Source: Comamonadaceae bacterium
GTDB taxonomy: Bacteria; Pseudomonadota; Gammaproteobacteria; Burkholderiales; Burkholderiaceae_C
Direction of reading: 5' to 3'
Assembly (NCBI GenBank): GCA_947450255.1
Contig: CANFVA010000001.1
Location: 339-64,338, forward strand
DNA: 64,000 nucleotides
The translations under genes were made by a program, and so were the position numbers. This document shows positions 11,502 through 24,484 of the stretch, piece by piece (within the stretch, counting starts at the first letter, position 1; each line of letters opens with the position of its first letter). The notes beneath the pieces were generated by a model that saw nothing but the letters and a program-made list of their open reading frames with translations, ran no database searches and was not told the DNA's origin.

Positions 11502-11514
11502 CGGTATCGCCCGC

Positions 11515-12039
11515 CTAGACGCTCCATTTTTGAATCAGTTGCGCCGGGCGCATCGCGTCATAGCTCTCAAAGGGTTGGTGGATCCAGGGGTTGGTGGGCA
11601 AAAACTCTACCGAATAATCCGGCGTAAAAGTCGACAAGGCTTTGGTCCAAATCACTGCACTACGCAGCTCGGTAATCGGCTGGTAGTTATTTTTTAGCTG
11701 GTGGATCACCGCGTTGAGGGTATGCCCCGAGTCGGCCAAATCATCGACCAGCAACACTTTGCCGGCAATTTCGCCTTTGGGGGTGGTGATAAAGCGGGCA
11801 ATATCCAAATTACCCTGAACCGTGCCCGCGTCGGAGCGGTAAGAACTGGTGGACATGATGGCCAGCGGCTTGTCAAACACCCTGGACAAAATATCGCCGG
11901 GCCGCATGCCGCCGCGCGCCAGACACAAAATCGTGTCGAACTGCCAGCCCGATTGAAACACCTTGATCGCGAGCTTTTCGATCAGGTTGTGGTACTCGTC
12001 ATAGCTCACGTACAAATGTTTGCCGTCTTCCGTCAACAT
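11515..12039 (-). CDS. Type I phosphoribosyltransferase (probable purine salvage)
   Basis: LARGG and PRPP-binding LLVDDLADSGHT; directly downstream of purA. Confidence 0.85.
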   Translation of the reverse strand: MLTEDGKHLYVSYDEYHNLIEKLAIKVFQSGWQFDTILCLARGGMRPGDILSRVFDKPLAIMSTSSYRSDAGTVQGNLDIARFITTPKGEIAGKVLLVDDLADSGHTLNAVIHQLKNNYQPITELRSAVIWTKALSTFTPDYSVEFLPTNPWIHQPFESYDAMRPAQLIQKWSV

Positions 12040-12114
12040 ACCCTGCTCCTTGGTCAATACGATGCATCAGCGGATGCCGCCGCTGCAAACTGCGAAAACA
12101 CCCCCGCGCGATTT

Positions 12115-13503
<1,389 letters not shown>

Positions 13504-14652
13504 TTAAACGGGAACAACCTGCCATTGACCGCCCTGCACCACCAGCGCGCGGTCGCAATGGAACTCGTCAATTTCACTCTCGTGGCCCGGCAAAACGCAA
13601 ACCACCGTCTCACCGGCGCGGCGCAAACCGGCAATCGCACTGCGTAAAGCCTTGTCTTCCCCCCACGGCGCCCGGATGGCTGCCCGCAACGGCGGCCCTT
13701 GGACCACGCCCACCAAGGACTTGATATCCAGACTGAAGCCCACGGCCGGGCGCTCGCGCCCGAACACCGAACCGACCGCATCGTAGCGTCCGCCGCGCAG
13801 CAAGGCGTCGGGCGCGCCCTGCGCATAGACGGCAAAACGCGCGCCGCTGTAGTAGGCATAGCCACGCATATCGGCCAGATCAAAGGACACCGGCGTACCG
13901 CCCAAATGGCCGGCCAGCCATTCGAGCTGATCCAAGGCCAGCGCAATCGCAGGCAACTGCGGAAGCAAGGCCCGCGCCTCTTGGAGCACGCCGGCATCGC
14001 CATAGCACCGGGTCAAGTTTTGCAAGCCGTGGCGCACGGCCGCATCAGCATGGCGGGCGATGGCGCCGATCGCCGCCGCGTCTTTGACCGCCAGCGCCCC
14101 TTGTATTTCCAAGGTTTGGGCGGCGTTCAAGCCGGCCAGCGCCACGAGGCTGTTGACAATGCGCACATCGGCCAAGTCCACCAACAAGTCTGGTACTTCG
14201 GCGGCGCGCAGGCAATCGAGCGCCAAGGTCAGGATCTCTAGGTCCGCCTCCAAGCCTTGGTGCCCGTAAATTTCGGCACCCAATTGCAGGGGCTCGCGGG
14301 TGGCGTGGGGTGCTGAGGGTCGCGTGTGCAGCACCGGGCCGCAGTAGCACAGACGGGCCACGCCCTGGCGGTTGAGTAAATGGGCATCAATGCGTGCCAC
14401 TTGGGGTGTGCTGTCGGCGCGCAGTCCCAGCATACGGCCCGAAATCTGGTCCACCAACTTAAAAGTTTGCAAATCCAAGGATTCGCCCGTACCGGTCAGC
14501 AGGGATTCGAGGTGCTCAAGCAGCGGCGGCATGACCAATTCATAGCCATAGCAGCGCGCCATGTCCAGCAAATTTCTACGGATTTCTTCGATGTGGCGGG
14601 CCTCAGAGGGCAGCACATCGGCTATGTGATCCGGGAGGACCCAGGCGGACAT
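13504..14652 (-). CDS. hisZ: ATP phosphoribosyltransferase regulatory subunit
   Basis: HisRS-like fold ([32 protein letters not shown]) without anticodon domain; hflC-hisZ-purA synteny. Confidence 0.93.
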   Translation of the reverse strand: MSAWVLPDHIADVLPSEARHIEEIRRNLLDMARCYGYELVMPPLLEHLESLLTGTGESLDLQTFKLVDQISGRMLGLRADSTPQVARIDAHLLNRQGVARLCYCGPVLHTRPSAPHATREPLQLGAEIYGHQGLEADLEILTLALDCLRAAEVPDLLVDLADVRIVNSLVALAGLNAAQTLEIQGALAVKDAAAIGAIARHADAAVRHGLQNLTRCYGDAGVLQEARALLPQLPAIALALDQLEWLAGHLGGTPVSFDLADMRGYAYYSGARFAVYAQGAPDALLRGGRYDAVGSVFGRERPAVGFSLDIKSLVGVVQGPPLRAAIRAPWGEDKALRSAIAGLRRAGETVVCVLPGHESEIDEFHCDRALVVQGGQWQVVPV

Positions 14653-14681
14653 GGATAAATGGGCAAGCTGTTAAAAGCGCG

Positions 14682-14724
14682 ATTTTACCGGCCAAACCCC
14701 GCTCCTGCCCCAGCCTGGGGCAGG
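14682..14724 (-). promoter_or_regulatory. hisZ promoter (-10 TAAAAT) with a perfect 10-bp palindrome over the -35 region
   Basis: TAAAAT on minus strand at 14682-14687; CCTGCCCCAG-C-CTGGGGCAGG at 14704-14724. Confidence 0.5.
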
Positions 14725-14744
14725 TCACGCAGGTGCGCCATCGC

Positions 14745-15647
14745 TTATTTCTTGGCCGGAGCCGACCCCGAACCGCCGTTGCGGAAGACTTTGAAAAAAT
14801 CACTGGAAGAGGGGTCCAGCACCATCACGTCACTCTTGTTGGCGAAGCTGCTTTTATAGGCTTCCAAACTGCGGTAAAACTGCGCGAATTGGGGGTCGCG
14901 GTTAAAGGCCTCGGCGTAAATACGTGCCGCCTCGGCATCACCCTCGCCCTTGATCTTCTGGGCGTCACGGTAGGCGTTCGCAATCGTGACCTCGCGCTGG
15001 CGGTCGGCGTCGGCGCGGATTTTTTCACCCTCAGCAGCGCCGGTGGAGCGCAGCTCGTTGGCCACGCGCTTGCGCTCGGCCTCCATGCGGCGGTATACCG
15101 ACTCAGTAATCGCCTCCACATAGTCCACGCGGGTGATACGCACATCGACGACGTCCACGCCCCAAGGTTTGCTGCCTTTGACCTTTTCCAGGACCTCGCG
15201 CTTGACATCGGCCATCAGTGCCTCGCGCTTGAGCGACAAAAGTTCTTTGACGGTGCGCTTGTTGATCTCTTCTTGAAATGCGTTACGCACGACACGGTTG
15301 AGTTGGTTGGCGCCCGCTGCCTCGTTCAAGCCGACGTTACGGATGTACTCGGTGGGTTCGGAAATACGCCAGCGCACATACCAGTCGATGACTACGCGCT
15401 GCTTCTCCGCCGTCAACATCGGCTCGGTATCGCTGCTATCTAGGGTCAGCAAGCGTTTGTCGATATAGGACACGTTTTGAAACGGTGGCGGTAGCTTCCA
15501 GTTCAAACCCGGCTCCGTGATGACTTCCTTGATTTGGCCCAGGGCATAGACCACGCCGAACTGGCGCTGGTCGACGACGAACAAGGTGGAACTGGCCAGC
15601 GCCAACACCACCAACAAGCTTGAAACAATAAATCCAATGCGGTTCAT
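14745..15647 (-). CDS. hflC: FtsH protease modulator HflC
   Basis: N-terminal TM plus SPFH domain, RMEAERKRVANELRSTG, FYRSLEAY. Confidence 0.96.
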   Translation of the reverse strand: MNRIGFIVSSLLVVLALASSTLFVVDQRQFGVVYALGQIKEVITEPGLNWKLPPPFQNVSYIDKRLLTLDSSDTEPMLTAEKQRVVIDWYVRWRISEPTEYIRNVGLNEAAGANQLNRVVRNAFQEEINKRTVKELLSLKREALMADVKREVLEKVKGSKPWGVDVVDVRITRVDYVEAITESVYRRMEAERKRVANELRSTGAAEGEKIRADADRQREVTIANAYRDAQKIKGEGDAEAARIYAEAFNRDPQFAQFYRSLEAYKSSFANKSDVMVLDPSSSDFFKVFRNGGSGSAPAKK

Positions 15648-15656
15648 GCAGTTCTC

Positions 15657-17090
15657 CTAGCGCACATCGCGCTCACGGGTGCGCACCGCTTCGCGGCTGC
15701 GGGGGTCTACCGCGTTAGCTGCGGGCAAGGGCGTCGGGGCTACCGCAGCGGCACTGGGCGCCGACGCGGGCGCGGGCACCGGCTCACCGGCGGCGTTCAT
15801 TTGCAGTATTTTTTCCAAAGGCAGGTTCAACAAGGTCGCGCCCTGGTGGGTATCGACCAACACCTTGGTCACGTTGGTGTAAATTTGCTGCATCGCGTCC
15901 AAGTACATGCGGTCGCGCGTCACCTGGGGTGCTTTCTGGTACTCGTTGAACACCGACCTAAAACGTTGCGCATCGCCCTGGGCCTGCGCCACCACACGGG
16001 CTTTGTAGGCATCGGCCTCTTCTTTCAATCGGGCCGCCGAACCGACTGCACGCGGTATGACATCATTGGCATAGGCCTGCGCCTCGTTCTTGGCGCGCTC
16101 GCGCTCTTGGCCGGCTTTAAGCACATCGTCAAATGAGGCTTGCACTTGCTCAGGCGGCCGCACGCCACCCTGCTGCAAGTTGATAGCAACCACTTCGACA
16201 CCCACCTTGTAGCGGTCCAAAATGTCTTGCATCATGGCGCGCACACGCGGCGCAATCTGATCGCGTTCTTCGGACAGCGCCGCGTCCATTTTCATTTTGC
16301 CCAGCACTTCGCGCACCGAAGTTTCAGCCGCTTGCACCACGGCATCAGTGGGATTTTTGCTTTCGAACAGAAAAGCACGCGCATCGCTCAGACGGTACTG
16401 CACGGCAAATTTGATATCGAGGATGTTTTCATCCTGGGTCAGCATGGCCGACTCGCGCAAGCCAGTGGCTTTGAGCACATTGTCCCGGCCCACGTCGACA
16501 GAGCGGATTTGCGTCACGAACACCAGTTCATGGCGCTGTATGGGGTAAGGCAGGCGCCAGTTAAAGCCAGCATTGACTGTCGCCTTGTAGCGTCCAAACT
16601 GGGTGATCACCGCTTGCTGGCCTTCTTGCACGATGAAAAAGCCGGTCGCCAGCCAGATCAAAACCAGCACCGCCACGATCAAGCCGCCGCCGATTTGGAC
16701 ATTTTTGAAATCGGGTGGCAAACCATTGCCCGATCCGGGTCCGCGTCCGCCGCCGCCGCGCTTACCGCCACCCATCCAACCATTCAATTTGCGGTTGAAA
16801 TCTCGCCACAGTTCATCCAAATCCGGCGGGCCGGCGTTGGCCCCTGGCCGCGGGCCTGCACTGGGGCGGTCGTTGGCGGGGTGATGGGGAGCAGGTGATT
16901 CCGGCCGGTTATCCGGTATGGCTTCGGGTCGTGCCGAAGGTTCCTGGGATGAGGCCGGTGCATCCGAAGCGTTACCAGGAGCCGGTTTGGCATCATCGGA
17001 ACGACCCCAACGGCTGTCATTGAGATTAAACATGCCGCGCAAACGCTCCACGATTCCGACAAAACTAAGCCTTGGCATTGAAAATTTCAT
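15657..17090 (-). CDS. hflK: FtsH protease modulator HflK
   Basis: GPPDLDELWRDFN N-terminal motif, TM, SPFH domain, APQVTRDRMYLD; start uncertain (ATG 17090 used). Confidence 0.95.
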   Translation of the reverse strand: MKFSMPRLSFVGIVERLRGMFNLNDSRWGRSDDAKPAPGNASDAPASSQEPSARPEAIPDNRPESPAPHHPANDRPSAGPRPGANAGPPDLDELWRDFNRKLNGWMGGGKRGGGGRGPGSGNGLPPDFKNVQIGGGLIVAVLVLIWLATGFFIVQEGQQAVITQFGRYKATVNAGFNWRLPYPIQRHELVFVTQIRSVDVGRDNVLKATGLRESAMLTQDENILDIKFAVQYRLSDARAFLFESKNPTDAVVQAAETSVREVLGKMKMDAALSEERDQIAPRVRAMMQDILDRYKVGVEVVAINLQQGGVRPPEQVQASFDDVLKAGQERERAKNEAQAYANDVIPRAVGSAARLKEEADAYKARVVAQAQGDAQRFRSVFNEYQKAPQVTRDRMYLDAMQQIYTNVTKVLVDTHQGATLLNLPLEKILQMNAAGEPVPAPASAPSAAAVAPTPLPAANAVDPRSREAVRTRERDVR

Positions 17091-17129
17091 TGTTCTACCT
17101 TGCGATGTGCACGCCCCGATTGTCCACAA

Positions 17130-18302
17130 TTACGAGGCGGCCCCAGAGGGCACGGGGGATTGCAGCCCGCCGGGCGCTAAAACCGCCGCATCAGCCGCCG
17201 CCTGGGCAAGCTGGGCCCGCAGCTGCGCAATCCCGGTTCCCGCTTGCGCACTGAGAAAAATCCGCGGTGTTTGCTGTCCATCGAGCTCAAAAAAATCAGC
17301 GGGCTGCAGGGGCAGTCGGCTCGCTGGCATGGCATCCACCTTATTGAATACCAGGATTTGCGGAACTTTATCCGCACCGATCTCTAGCAGTACCCTTTGT
17401 ACTTGCTCAATTTGCAGCATGAATTCGGGGTTGGATGCATCGACCACGTGAAGCAACAAGTCCGCATCCACCGCCTCCTGCAAGGTAGCCTGGAAGGCAT
17501 CGACCAAACCATGGGGTAAATCGCGAATAAACCCAACCGTATCGGACAGCGATACCGAGCGCCCGGCATCGCCTAAATAGAGTTGCCGGGTCGTGGTATC
17601 CAGCGTAGCAAACAGCTGATCGGCGGCATAGGCGCGGGCCTTTACCAGGGCATTGAAAAGGGTGGATTTGCCGGCATTGGTGTAACCGATCAGTGAGATA
17701 TTGAAGGCGCCGCGCCGGTCGCGCTGTTTACGTTGGGTCTGGCGTTGGCGTTTAACCTTGTCCAATTGCTCTTTGGTGCGCTTGATGTGCGAAGCGATCA
17801 TGCGCCTATCGAGTTCAATTTGCGTTTCGCCCGGGCCGCCGCGGGTGCCGATACCGCCGCGCTGGCGCTCCAAGTGGGACCAGCGGCGTACCAAGCGGGT
17901 ACTGAGGTATTGCAGCCTTGCCAGTTCCACCTGCAGTTTGCCTTCGTGGCTGCGGGCCCGTTGGGCGAAGATTTCGAGGATCAGGAAAGTCCGGTCGTTG
18001 ACTGGCATTTCCAGGCATCGCTCCAGGTTGCGCTGCTGACCGGGGCTGAGGCTCTGGTCAAACAATATTTCCTGTGCGCCTAGGCTTTGGGCCAGCAGCT
18101 TAATCTCGTCGGCCTTACCGGTGCCCACAAACAAGGCGGCATCCGGGGCGCGCCGTTTACAAACCAGCCGGGCCACCGGCTCCATACCGGCGGTTTGGGC
18201 TAACTGACCCAATTCATCGAGCGTGGAATCAAAATATGGCAGGCCTAAGTCGACGCCCACCAAAATGGTGCGCGCGCTCAGTTCGGGGGGGCGCGAGGTC
18301 AA
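17130..18302 (-). CDS. hflX: Ribosome-splitting GTPase HflX
   Basis: GPGETQIELDRR, GYTNAGKST, LFATLDTT, DTVGFI, NKVD; TTG start. Confidence 0.97.
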   Translation of the reverse strand: MTSRPPELSARTILVGVDLGLPYFDSTLDELGQLAQTAGMEPVARLVCKRRAPDAALFVGTGKADEIKLLAQSLGAQEILFDQSLSPGQQRNLERCLEMPVNDRTFLILEIFAQRARSHEGKLQVELARLQYLSTRLVRRWSHLERQRGGIGTRGGPGETQIELDRRMIASHIKRTKEQLDKVKRQRQTQRKQRDRRGAFNISLIGYTNAGKSTLFNALVKARAYAADQLFATLDTTTRQLYLGDAGRSVSLSDTVGFIRDLPHGLVDAFQATLQEAVDADLLLHVVDASNPEFMLQIEQVQRVLLEIGADKVPQILVFNKVDAMPASRLPLQPADFFELDGQQTPRIFLSAQAGTGIAQLRAQLAQAAADAAVLAPGGLQSPVPSGAAS

Positions 18303-18350
18303 ATCAAGTCAGCGTAGCTGGCAGTCCGATGGGGCTGCCGAGCAAGCACA

Positions 18351-18599
18351 TTAAGGTGCGTCCGTACCATCGGCAGGCACTTGTGCGAAATTAACCGCAC
18401 GACCAGGCACGATGGTGGAAATGGCGTGCTTGTACACCATTTGCGTCACAGTGTTACGAAGCAAAACTACGTATTGGTCAAAGGATTCAATCTGTCCCTG
18501 CAGCTTGATGCCGTTGACTAAGTACACCGAGACCGGAATGTGTTCCCGGCGCAGCGCGTTGAGGAAAGGGTCTTGAAGAAGTTGACTTTTGTTGTTCAC
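18351..18599 (-). CDS. hfq: RNA chaperone Hfq
   Basis: [12 protein letters not shown]...[18 protein letters not shown]...[13 protein letters not shown]; GTG start at 18599. Confidence 0.98.
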   Translation of the reverse strand: MNNKSQLLQDPFLNALRREHIPVSVYLVNGIKLQGQIESFDQYVVLLRNTVTQMVYKHAISTIVPGRAVNFAQVPADGTDAP

Positions 18600-18705
18600 G
18601 ATATTTTCCGTGTTGAAAGTAAAAAGAACGGTTGAAGATACCACATTGACAAGGGTTTTTTAAGCCCAGGTCCAAAATGTCCTCCCGCAAACGCCCTAGA
18701 GTCGC

Positions 18706-20043
18706 TCAATCCTTATCCGCATAGGGGTTGGCGGCCGACTTCATCTGGATGCGCAATGGCGTGCCTACCAAATTGAATTCCTTGCGGAAGCGGCCTTCAA
18801 GAAAGCGTTTGTAGGCCTCGGTCACGTGCTCGAGCGAATTGCCGTGCACCACAATAATCGGCGGATTCATACCGCCTTGGTGGGCATAGCGCAATTTGGG
18901 CCGGTACATGCCGGTTTTTTTGGGTGTTTGAAACTGTACTGCCTCCAGCAACAATCGCGTCAGCACAGGCGTAGGCATTTTGCAATTGGCCGCGCGGTGC
19001 GCCTGCGCGATCGAATCCCACACAGGGCCCAGCCCCTGTCGTTTGCGTGCGGAGATGAAATGCAAAGCGGCGAATTTCAAAAATCCCAACCGCGTTTCCA
19101 GAGAGCGCTTGACCACCTCGCGCTGGTATTCATCCACCGCATCCCACTTGTTAATGGCTACGACAACGGCCCGACCGGACTCCAGGATATAACCTGCAAT
19201 ATGCGCATCCTGGTCGGTCACGCCTTCGATCGCATCTATCAATAACAGCACCACGCTCGCCGACTCTATGGCTTGCAAGGTTTTGACCACCGAAAACTTT
19301 TCAATCGCCTCGAAAACCTTGCCTTTGCGGCGCAATCCTGCCGTATCGATGAGCTCGAATTTTTGGCCGCTACGCTCGAAAGGAATCGAAATGGTGTCGC
19401 GGGTGGTGCCGGGCAAATCGAAAGCCACCAAGCGCTCCTCCCCCAACCAGGTGTTGATTAGCGTCGATTTGCCCACGTTCGGGCGCCCGGCTACGGCCAG
19501 CTTGATCGCTCCAGGGTTGCCCGCTTCGGGCTCTGCCTCGTCCAATGGAGACGCGAAGGGAGCAAGCACCTGGTCCATGAGCGAGCGAATGCCTTGCCCA
19601 TGGGCCGCGGACACTGCAATCACCCCACCTAGCCCTAACTCGTAAAACTCGCCAAACTGCGTGGCTTCGGTCATGCCCTCCGCTTTGTTGGCGACCACAA
19701 AGCTGGTTTTGCCCAAGCGGCGCAGGTATTTGGCAATTTCATGGTCTTGGGCCGAGACGCCGCCACGGGCGTCCACAATAAATAGCACGGCGTCGGCTTC
19801 GGCTACGGCCTGGCGCGTTTGCTTGGCCATTTCTTTGAAGATACCGGTACTGGCGTCGGGTTCAAAACCACCCGTGTCGACCACAATGATCTCTTGCTTG
19901 CCGTGTTTGGCGTTGCCGTAGTGGCGATCGCGTGTTAGCCCAGCGTAGTCCGCAACAATAGCATCTCGGCTTTTGGTCAGACGGTTAAATAGCGTGGACT
20001 TCCCGACATTAGGCCTGCCGACCAAGGCGATAACCGGTTTCAT
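18706..20043 (-). CDS. der: Ribosome biogenesis GTPase Der (EngA)
   Basis: Two [10 protein letters not shown]-loops, DTGG/DTAG, KH-like C-terminus. Confidence 0.98.
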   Translation of the reverse strand: MKPVIALVGRPNVGKSTLFNRLTKSRDAIVADYAGLTRDRHYGNAKHGKQEIIVVDTGGFEPDASTGIFKEMAKQTRQAVAEADAVLFIVDARGGVSAQDHEIAKYLRRLGKTSFVVANKAEGMTEATQFGEFYELGLGGVIAVSAAHGQGIRSLMDQVLAPFASPLDEAEPEAGNPGAIKLAVAGRPNVGKSTLINTWLGEERLVAFDLPGTTRDTISIPFERSGQKFELIDTAGLRRKGKVFEAIEKFSVVKTLQAIESASVVLLLIDAIEGVTDQDAHIAGYILESGRAVVVAINKWDAVDEYQREVVKRSLETRLGFLKFAALHFISARKRQGLGPVWDSIAQAHRAANCKMPTPVLTRLLLEAVQFQTPKKTGMYRPKLRYAHQGGMNPPIIVVHGNSLEHVTEAYKRFLEGRFRKEFNLVGTPLRIQMKSAANPYADKD

Positions 20044-20062
20044 GCAGTGTGTGCCCCAAGGC

Positions 20063-21199
20063 CTATTGCGGCCTGAACCCTATGACATTGCCGCGCTGGG
20101 TGATGACGACCCAGGTCGAGGCAATCCAAAGAGGCGCAGAAACAATAGGTGAGCCATCGGTGCTCAGGCGATTAAGAAGTTTGCCATCCGCAGGCGATAG
20201 TACGTGCAGATTGCCTTCCCCGTCGCCGATCAGCAAAGCGCCGCCCGCCAGACTGGGCCCGGTCAGGCTGCGAAAGCGCAGTTTTTCGTTAGTCCAGAGT
20301 TTTTCACCATCTGCACGGCGCCAAGCTACCACTTTGCCATCACTCTCGGTGCCGAAAACGGTTTGGGCGTCGCCGCCGATGCCCGACGCACCTGAAGCTG
20401 CCTTATTCCAAAGACTGCGCCCAGTGCGCGCGTCTGCACAGGCGACGGCATATTGGAAAGACCGCACGCATACCGAATCGCCCACGCGGCTGATGCCCGA
20501 GACCAGATCAGACAAGCGTTCCACTTCGTTGATGCCCCGCCCGCTGGCCACTTGCAAGTCCCAACGCAAAGACCCGTTTTGCGGATTGAGCCCGAGCAGA
20601 CGCCCGCCTTGTGCGGCCAGCAGGGTGTCACCCACGGCGGTCAGCAAGCCTGATTGACCCAGCAAAAGGGAATCTCCCGAGCGTTGCTGGGTCCAGAGCT
20701 TGCGTCCATTGGCAGCGTCAAATGCATAGACCGTGCGATCGGCAGCCAAGACGAATACCCGTTCGCCGGCCACCAAAGGCGCAGTGACGACCAAAGACGC
20801 GATCTTTTGACGCCATAATTCTTTTTGCTCGCTCAACACGATCAACTGGTTGTCGCGTCCAACGACCGCGACAAACTGCTTGTCAGCGCCCACGCCTGCG
20901 CTCAGTATTTGCCCCACCGTGGCGCGGGCACGCACCTGACCGGTGGCGGCATCTAGCTGGCTGAGATCACCCTGCGTAGACGCTGCCCATAGCGTATTTC
21001 CAACCACACGCATATCCAATGGCGAGGCTGTGGCACCTACGTTCACGCGCCACACCTCCTTGATAGCCAGGGCGGCTGGGTTGGCTTCCAAAGGCTCGGG
21101 TTTGGGCTTGTCAAAACTGGCGCAAGCGGCCAGCGCCAGCGCCAGACAGCCTACGCTCGCCAACCACAAGCTGCGCACGTACCACCGACGTGTGGCCAT
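20063..21199 (-). CDS. bamB: Outer membrane protein assembly lipoprotein BamB
   Basis: Lipobox LAAC, PQQ-like beta-propeller repeats, EVERLSDL motif; yfgM-bamB-der synteny. Confidence 0.93.
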   Translation of the reverse strand: MATRRWYVRSLWLASVGCLALALAACASFDKPKPEPLEANPAALAIKEVWRVNVGATASPLDMRVVGNTLWAASTQGDLSQLDAATGQVRARATVGQILSAGVGADKQFVAVVGRDNQLIVLSEQKELWRQKIASLVVTAPLVAGERVFVLAADRTVYAFDAANGRKLWTQQRSGDSLLLGQSGLLTAVGDTLLAAQGGRLLGLNPQNGSLRWDLQVASGRGINEVERLSDLVSGISRVGDSVCVRSFQYAVACADARTGRSLWNKAASGASGIGGDAQTVFGTESDGKVVAWRRADGEKLWTNEKLRFRSLTGPSLAGGALLIGDGEGNLHVLSPADGKLLNRLSTDGSPIVSAPLWIASTWVVITQRGNVIGFRPQ

Positions 21200-21879
21200 T
21201 ACTTCTGACCCTCGACCGGTTGGGTGCCAGTAGAAGCATCAGGGTCCACGCCCATGGCGTTGAGCTTGACCTGTACCACGCGCCGGTATTGGGCACGCTC
21301 ATCTAATTTTTGGTAGGCCAGCTGGTACGCGGATTTGGCTTCTTGCCGCTTGTCTTGCGCTGCAAAAATATCACCACGACGATCCGCCACTAGAGCCGCA
21401 AAAGATTCGTCCTTGACACCATCGAGGAGCGCCAAAGCCTGGGGATAGTCTTTGGAGTCGAAGTACATATTGGCCAGGCGCAAGCGTGCAATAGCCGCAT
21501 AGGCTTCATCGCCCGCTTTGTCTACCGCCCATTGCAACGCTGATTTGGCGGTGTCCGTATCACCTTTATCGCTGGCTTGGCGGGCTAAAGCCAGGGCTGC
21601 CTGTTGGGTGTAGGTGGCCGACGCATAGCGCTCCTTCATATCAGAGAATGTGCGCTGGGCTAGCGCCATATCCCCTGCCGCAACCGATTTCGCCATTTCA
21701 TCAAACATCCCCGCTGCCTGCGTCGCCTGACTGCGCTGCCAATAGTGAAAACCGTTCCAGGCAGCCACGGATCCCAGAACTACCAGTAGCAAGCCAGAGA
21801 TGAGGTTGCCGTATTGGTTCCAGAAATGCTTGAGCTGGTCCAGCTGTTCTTGTTCTTCAAGGTCGAGTTGATTGGCCAT
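21199..21879 (-). CDS. yfgM: YfgM-family TPR membrane protein (ancillary SecYEG subunit)
   Basis: DLEEQEQLDQLKHFW, single TM, TPR-like repeats (ARLRLA, DRRGDI). Confidence 0.9.
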   Translation of the reverse strand: MANQLDLEEQEQLDQLKHFWNQYGNLISGLLLVVLGSVAAWNGFHYWQRSQATQAAGMFDEMAKSVAAGDMALAQRTFSDMKERYASATYTQQAALALARQASDKGDTDTAKSALQWAVDKAGDEAYAAIARLRLANMYFDSKDYPQALALLDGVKDESFAALVADRRGDIFAAQDKRQEAKSAYQLAYQKLDERAQYRRVVQVKLNAMGVDPDASTGTQPVEGQK

Positions 21880-21891
21880 AGCGTTACGTGG

Positions 21892-23205
21892 TTAAGCAGT
21901 CGATTGTAGGCTTTGCGCCCATTGCGCCCAGTCGGTCAGTGCCACCGTGCATTGCGGGCTCGAGGCGTTGCGCAAGTCTTTGATGCCGACATGGCCTCTT
22001 GCCATTTCGTCCGTACCAAAAACCAAAGCGTAGCGCGCGCCCGAAGCGTCAGCCTTCTTAAACTGCGATTTCATGCTCGTTGCGGCACCGTCGGCGCTGG
22101 CATACAACTGCACGGCCACACCTACGCTGCGTAATTGCTCCAAGGTCCGTACTGCATCGGGCAGAAAATTTTTGTCCGGGACAACGGCAAAAGCATCGGG
22201 CACCGGCTGCGCGCTTTGCACGCCTTGGGTCTTGAGCAGTTCGAGCAGGCGCTCCATCCCCAGCGCCCAGCCCACGGCGGGCGCCGGTTTGCCGCCGACC
22301 TCTTCCATCAAGTAGTCGTAGCGACCACCCCCGCATATCGTGCCTTGCGAGCCCAGTTCGGTGGTCACAAACTCAAATACCGTAAGGTTGTAGTAGTCCA
22401 TGCCGCGTACCAAGCGCGGGTTGATGACAAATTCGACGCCATTGGCCTGCAAGATCGCCAGCACCGCGTCCAAGTGCGCGCGCGAGGCCTCGCCCTGAAA
22501 ATCCATGAGGCGCGGCGCACCTTCCATCACGGCCTGCATCGCCGGGTTCTTGCTGTCGAGCAAGCGCAGGGGATTGAGGTACAAACGGCGGCGCGAATCG
22601 GCATCTAAAACCGCATCATGCTGCTCGAAATACGCGATCAAAGCAGCGCGATGCAGTTTGCGCTCATCGGGCTGGCCCAGGTTGTTGATGTGCAGTTGCA
22701 CGCCTTCAAGGCCCAACTCCTTCCACAGCGCGTGCCCCATCAAAATCAGTTCTGCGTCCAACTCCGGCCCGGCAAAACCCAGGGCTTCGGCACCGATTTG
22801 GTAGAACTGGCGATAACGACCGCGCTGCGGACGCTCGTGGCGAAACATGGGGCCGATGTAAAACAGGCGTTTACCACCGTTGTACAGCAGGTTGTGCTCG
22901 ACCACGGCGCGCACCAGACCGGCGGTGTTTTCCGGGCGCAAGGTCAGGTGCTCGCCGTTCAAACGGTCCTCAAAAGAGTACATCTCTTTTTCGACAATAT
23001 CGGTCACCTCACCAAGTCCGCGCACAAACAAGGCGGTCGGCTCGACGATGGGCGTGCGTATGCTTTCGTAGGCATAGCGCCGCATCAGCGCGCGCACCCG
23101 CGCCTCTAGATTTTCCCAGCGCGCAGATTCCGGCGGCAGGATGTCGTTCATGCCTTTGACAGCCACCAGGCGTTCGGCCTTGCGTGGCAAAGATGCTTGA
23201 TTCAT
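21892..23205 (-). CDS. hisS: Histidine--tRNA ligase
   Basis: [44 protein letters not shown]; start moved to ATG 23205. Confidence 0.98.
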   Translation of the reverse strand: MNQASLPRKAERLVAVKGMNDILPPESARWENLEARVRALMRRYAYESIRTPIVEPTALFVRGLGEVTDIVEKEMYSFEDRLNGEHLTLRPENTAGLVRAVVEHNLLYNGGKRLFYIGPMFRHERPQRGRYRQFYQIGAEALGFAGPELDAELILMGHALWKELGLEGVQLHINNLGQPDERKLHRAALIAYFEQHDAVLDADSRRRLYLNPLRLLDSKNPAMQAVMEGAPRLMDFQGEASRAHLDAVLAILQANGVEFVINPRLVRGMDYYNLTVFEFVTTELGSQGTICGGGRYDYLMEEVGGKPAPAVGWALGMERLLELLKTQGVQSAQPVPDAFAVVPDKNFLPDAVRTLEQLRSVGVAVQLYASADGAATSMKSQFKKADASGARYALVFGTDEMARGHVGIKDLRNASSPQCTVALTDWAQWAQSLQSTA

Positions 23206-23215
23206 AACTTTGGGT

Positions 23216-24484
23216 TTATTTGAGAGCCGGTGCGCCAAAACGTTCCCGGATGTAGTTTTCCACCACCGCTTGGAATTCGGTGGCAATCGCCTCCCCGCGC
23301 AGCGTCATGCGTTTCTCGCCGTCAATGAAAACCGGTGCTGCAGGCGCCTCACCGGTGCCGGGCAGGCTGATACCAATATCGGCGTGCTTGCTTTCGCCCG
23401 GCCCGTTGACGATACAGCCCATGACGGCGACCTTGAGGCCTTCCACGCCCGGAAATTCTTTGCGCCAGACCGGCATTTTGTCGCGCAGAAAGTTATCAAT
23501 CTGCTGAGTAAGTTCTTGAAACGTCGTGCTGGTGGTGCGGCCACAGCCCGGGCAGGCAGTGACGCTGGGCACGAACGCGCGCAAGCCCAAGGCCTGCAAA
23601 ATTTCGGCGGCAATCACCACTTCTTGGTTGCGCGACTCCCCCGGCGCGGGCGTGAGCGAAACGCGAATGGTGTCGCCAATACCCTCTTGCAGCAATACCG
23701 ACAAGGCCGCAGTGGACGCTACAGTGCCTTTAGTGCCCATGCCCGCCTCCGTCAAGCCCAAATGCAAGGGATAGGAAGTGCTGCGCCCGAGTTCGCGATA
23801 CACCGCGATCAAGTCCTGGACGCCGCTGACTTTGCAAGAAATAATGATCTGGTTGGCCGCCATACCCATAGACTGCGCCAGCTGCGCCGAGCCCACCGCC
23901 GAGCTGATCAAGGCCTGGTACATCACCTGCTTGTAGTTGCGCGGCTCGGGCAGCTTGCTATTGGCGTCCATCAAATCGGCCAGCAATTCTTGGTCCAAAC
24001 TGCCCCAATTCACACCGATACGCACCGGCTTGTCCCAGCGCATTGCCGCTTCAATCATCTGACCGAACTGGCGGTCTTTTTTGTCGCCTTTGCCCACGTT
24101 ACCCGGATTGATGCGGTATTTGGAAAGCGCCTGCGCGCAGTCGGGGAACTCGGTGAGCAAGCGATGCCCGTTGTAATGGAAATCACCAATGAGGGGCACG
24201 GCAATACCCATGCGATCGAGTTGTTCGCGGATATGCGGAACCGCTTGCGCCGCCTCCGGCGTGTTGACCGTGATACGCACCATCTCGGACCCCGCCAAGG
24301 CCAGTTCCTTGACCTGGATAGCTGTGCCGATCACATCCACCGTATCGGTGTTGGTCATGGACTGGATGCGCACCGGCGCCCCGCCACCAATCGTTACCAC
24401 ATTCCCGCCCCAGCGCACGCTGGCCTGAAGCCCTTGGCGCGCAGCCAGCCCGTTGGAGTTCAAAACTGTCTGGCTTGTCATCAT
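23216..24484 (-). CDS. ispG: 4-hydroxy-3-methylbut-2-en-1-yl diphosphate synthase
   Basis: [30 protein letters not shown] and [10 protein letters not shown] Fe-S ligands. Confidence 0.98.
   Translation of the reverse strand: MMTSQTVLNSNGLAARQGLQASVRWGGNVVTIGGGAPVRIQSMTNTDTVDVIGTAIQVKELALAGSEMVRITVNTPEAAQAVPHIREQLDRMGIAVPLIGDFHYNGHRLLTEFPDCAQALSKYRINPGNVGKGDKKDRQFGQMIEAAMRWDKPVRIGVNWGSLDQELLADLMDANSKLPEPRNYKQVMYQALISSAVGSAQLAQSMGMAANQIIISCKVSGVQDLIAVYRELGRSTSYPLHLGLTEAGMGTKGTVASTAALSVLLQEGIGDTIRVSLTPAPGESRNQEVVIAAEILQALGLRAFVPSVTACPGCGRTTSTTFQELTQQIDNFLRDKMPVWRKEFPGVEGLKVAVMGCIVNGPGESKHADIGISLPGTGEAPAAPVFIDGEKRMTLRGEAIATEFQAVVENYIRERFGAPALK

Noticed and set aside
13504-14652. Apparent second histidyl-tRNA synthetase
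   Set aside because: It is HisZ, the HisRS-like regulatory subunit of HisG, in its usual position before purA.
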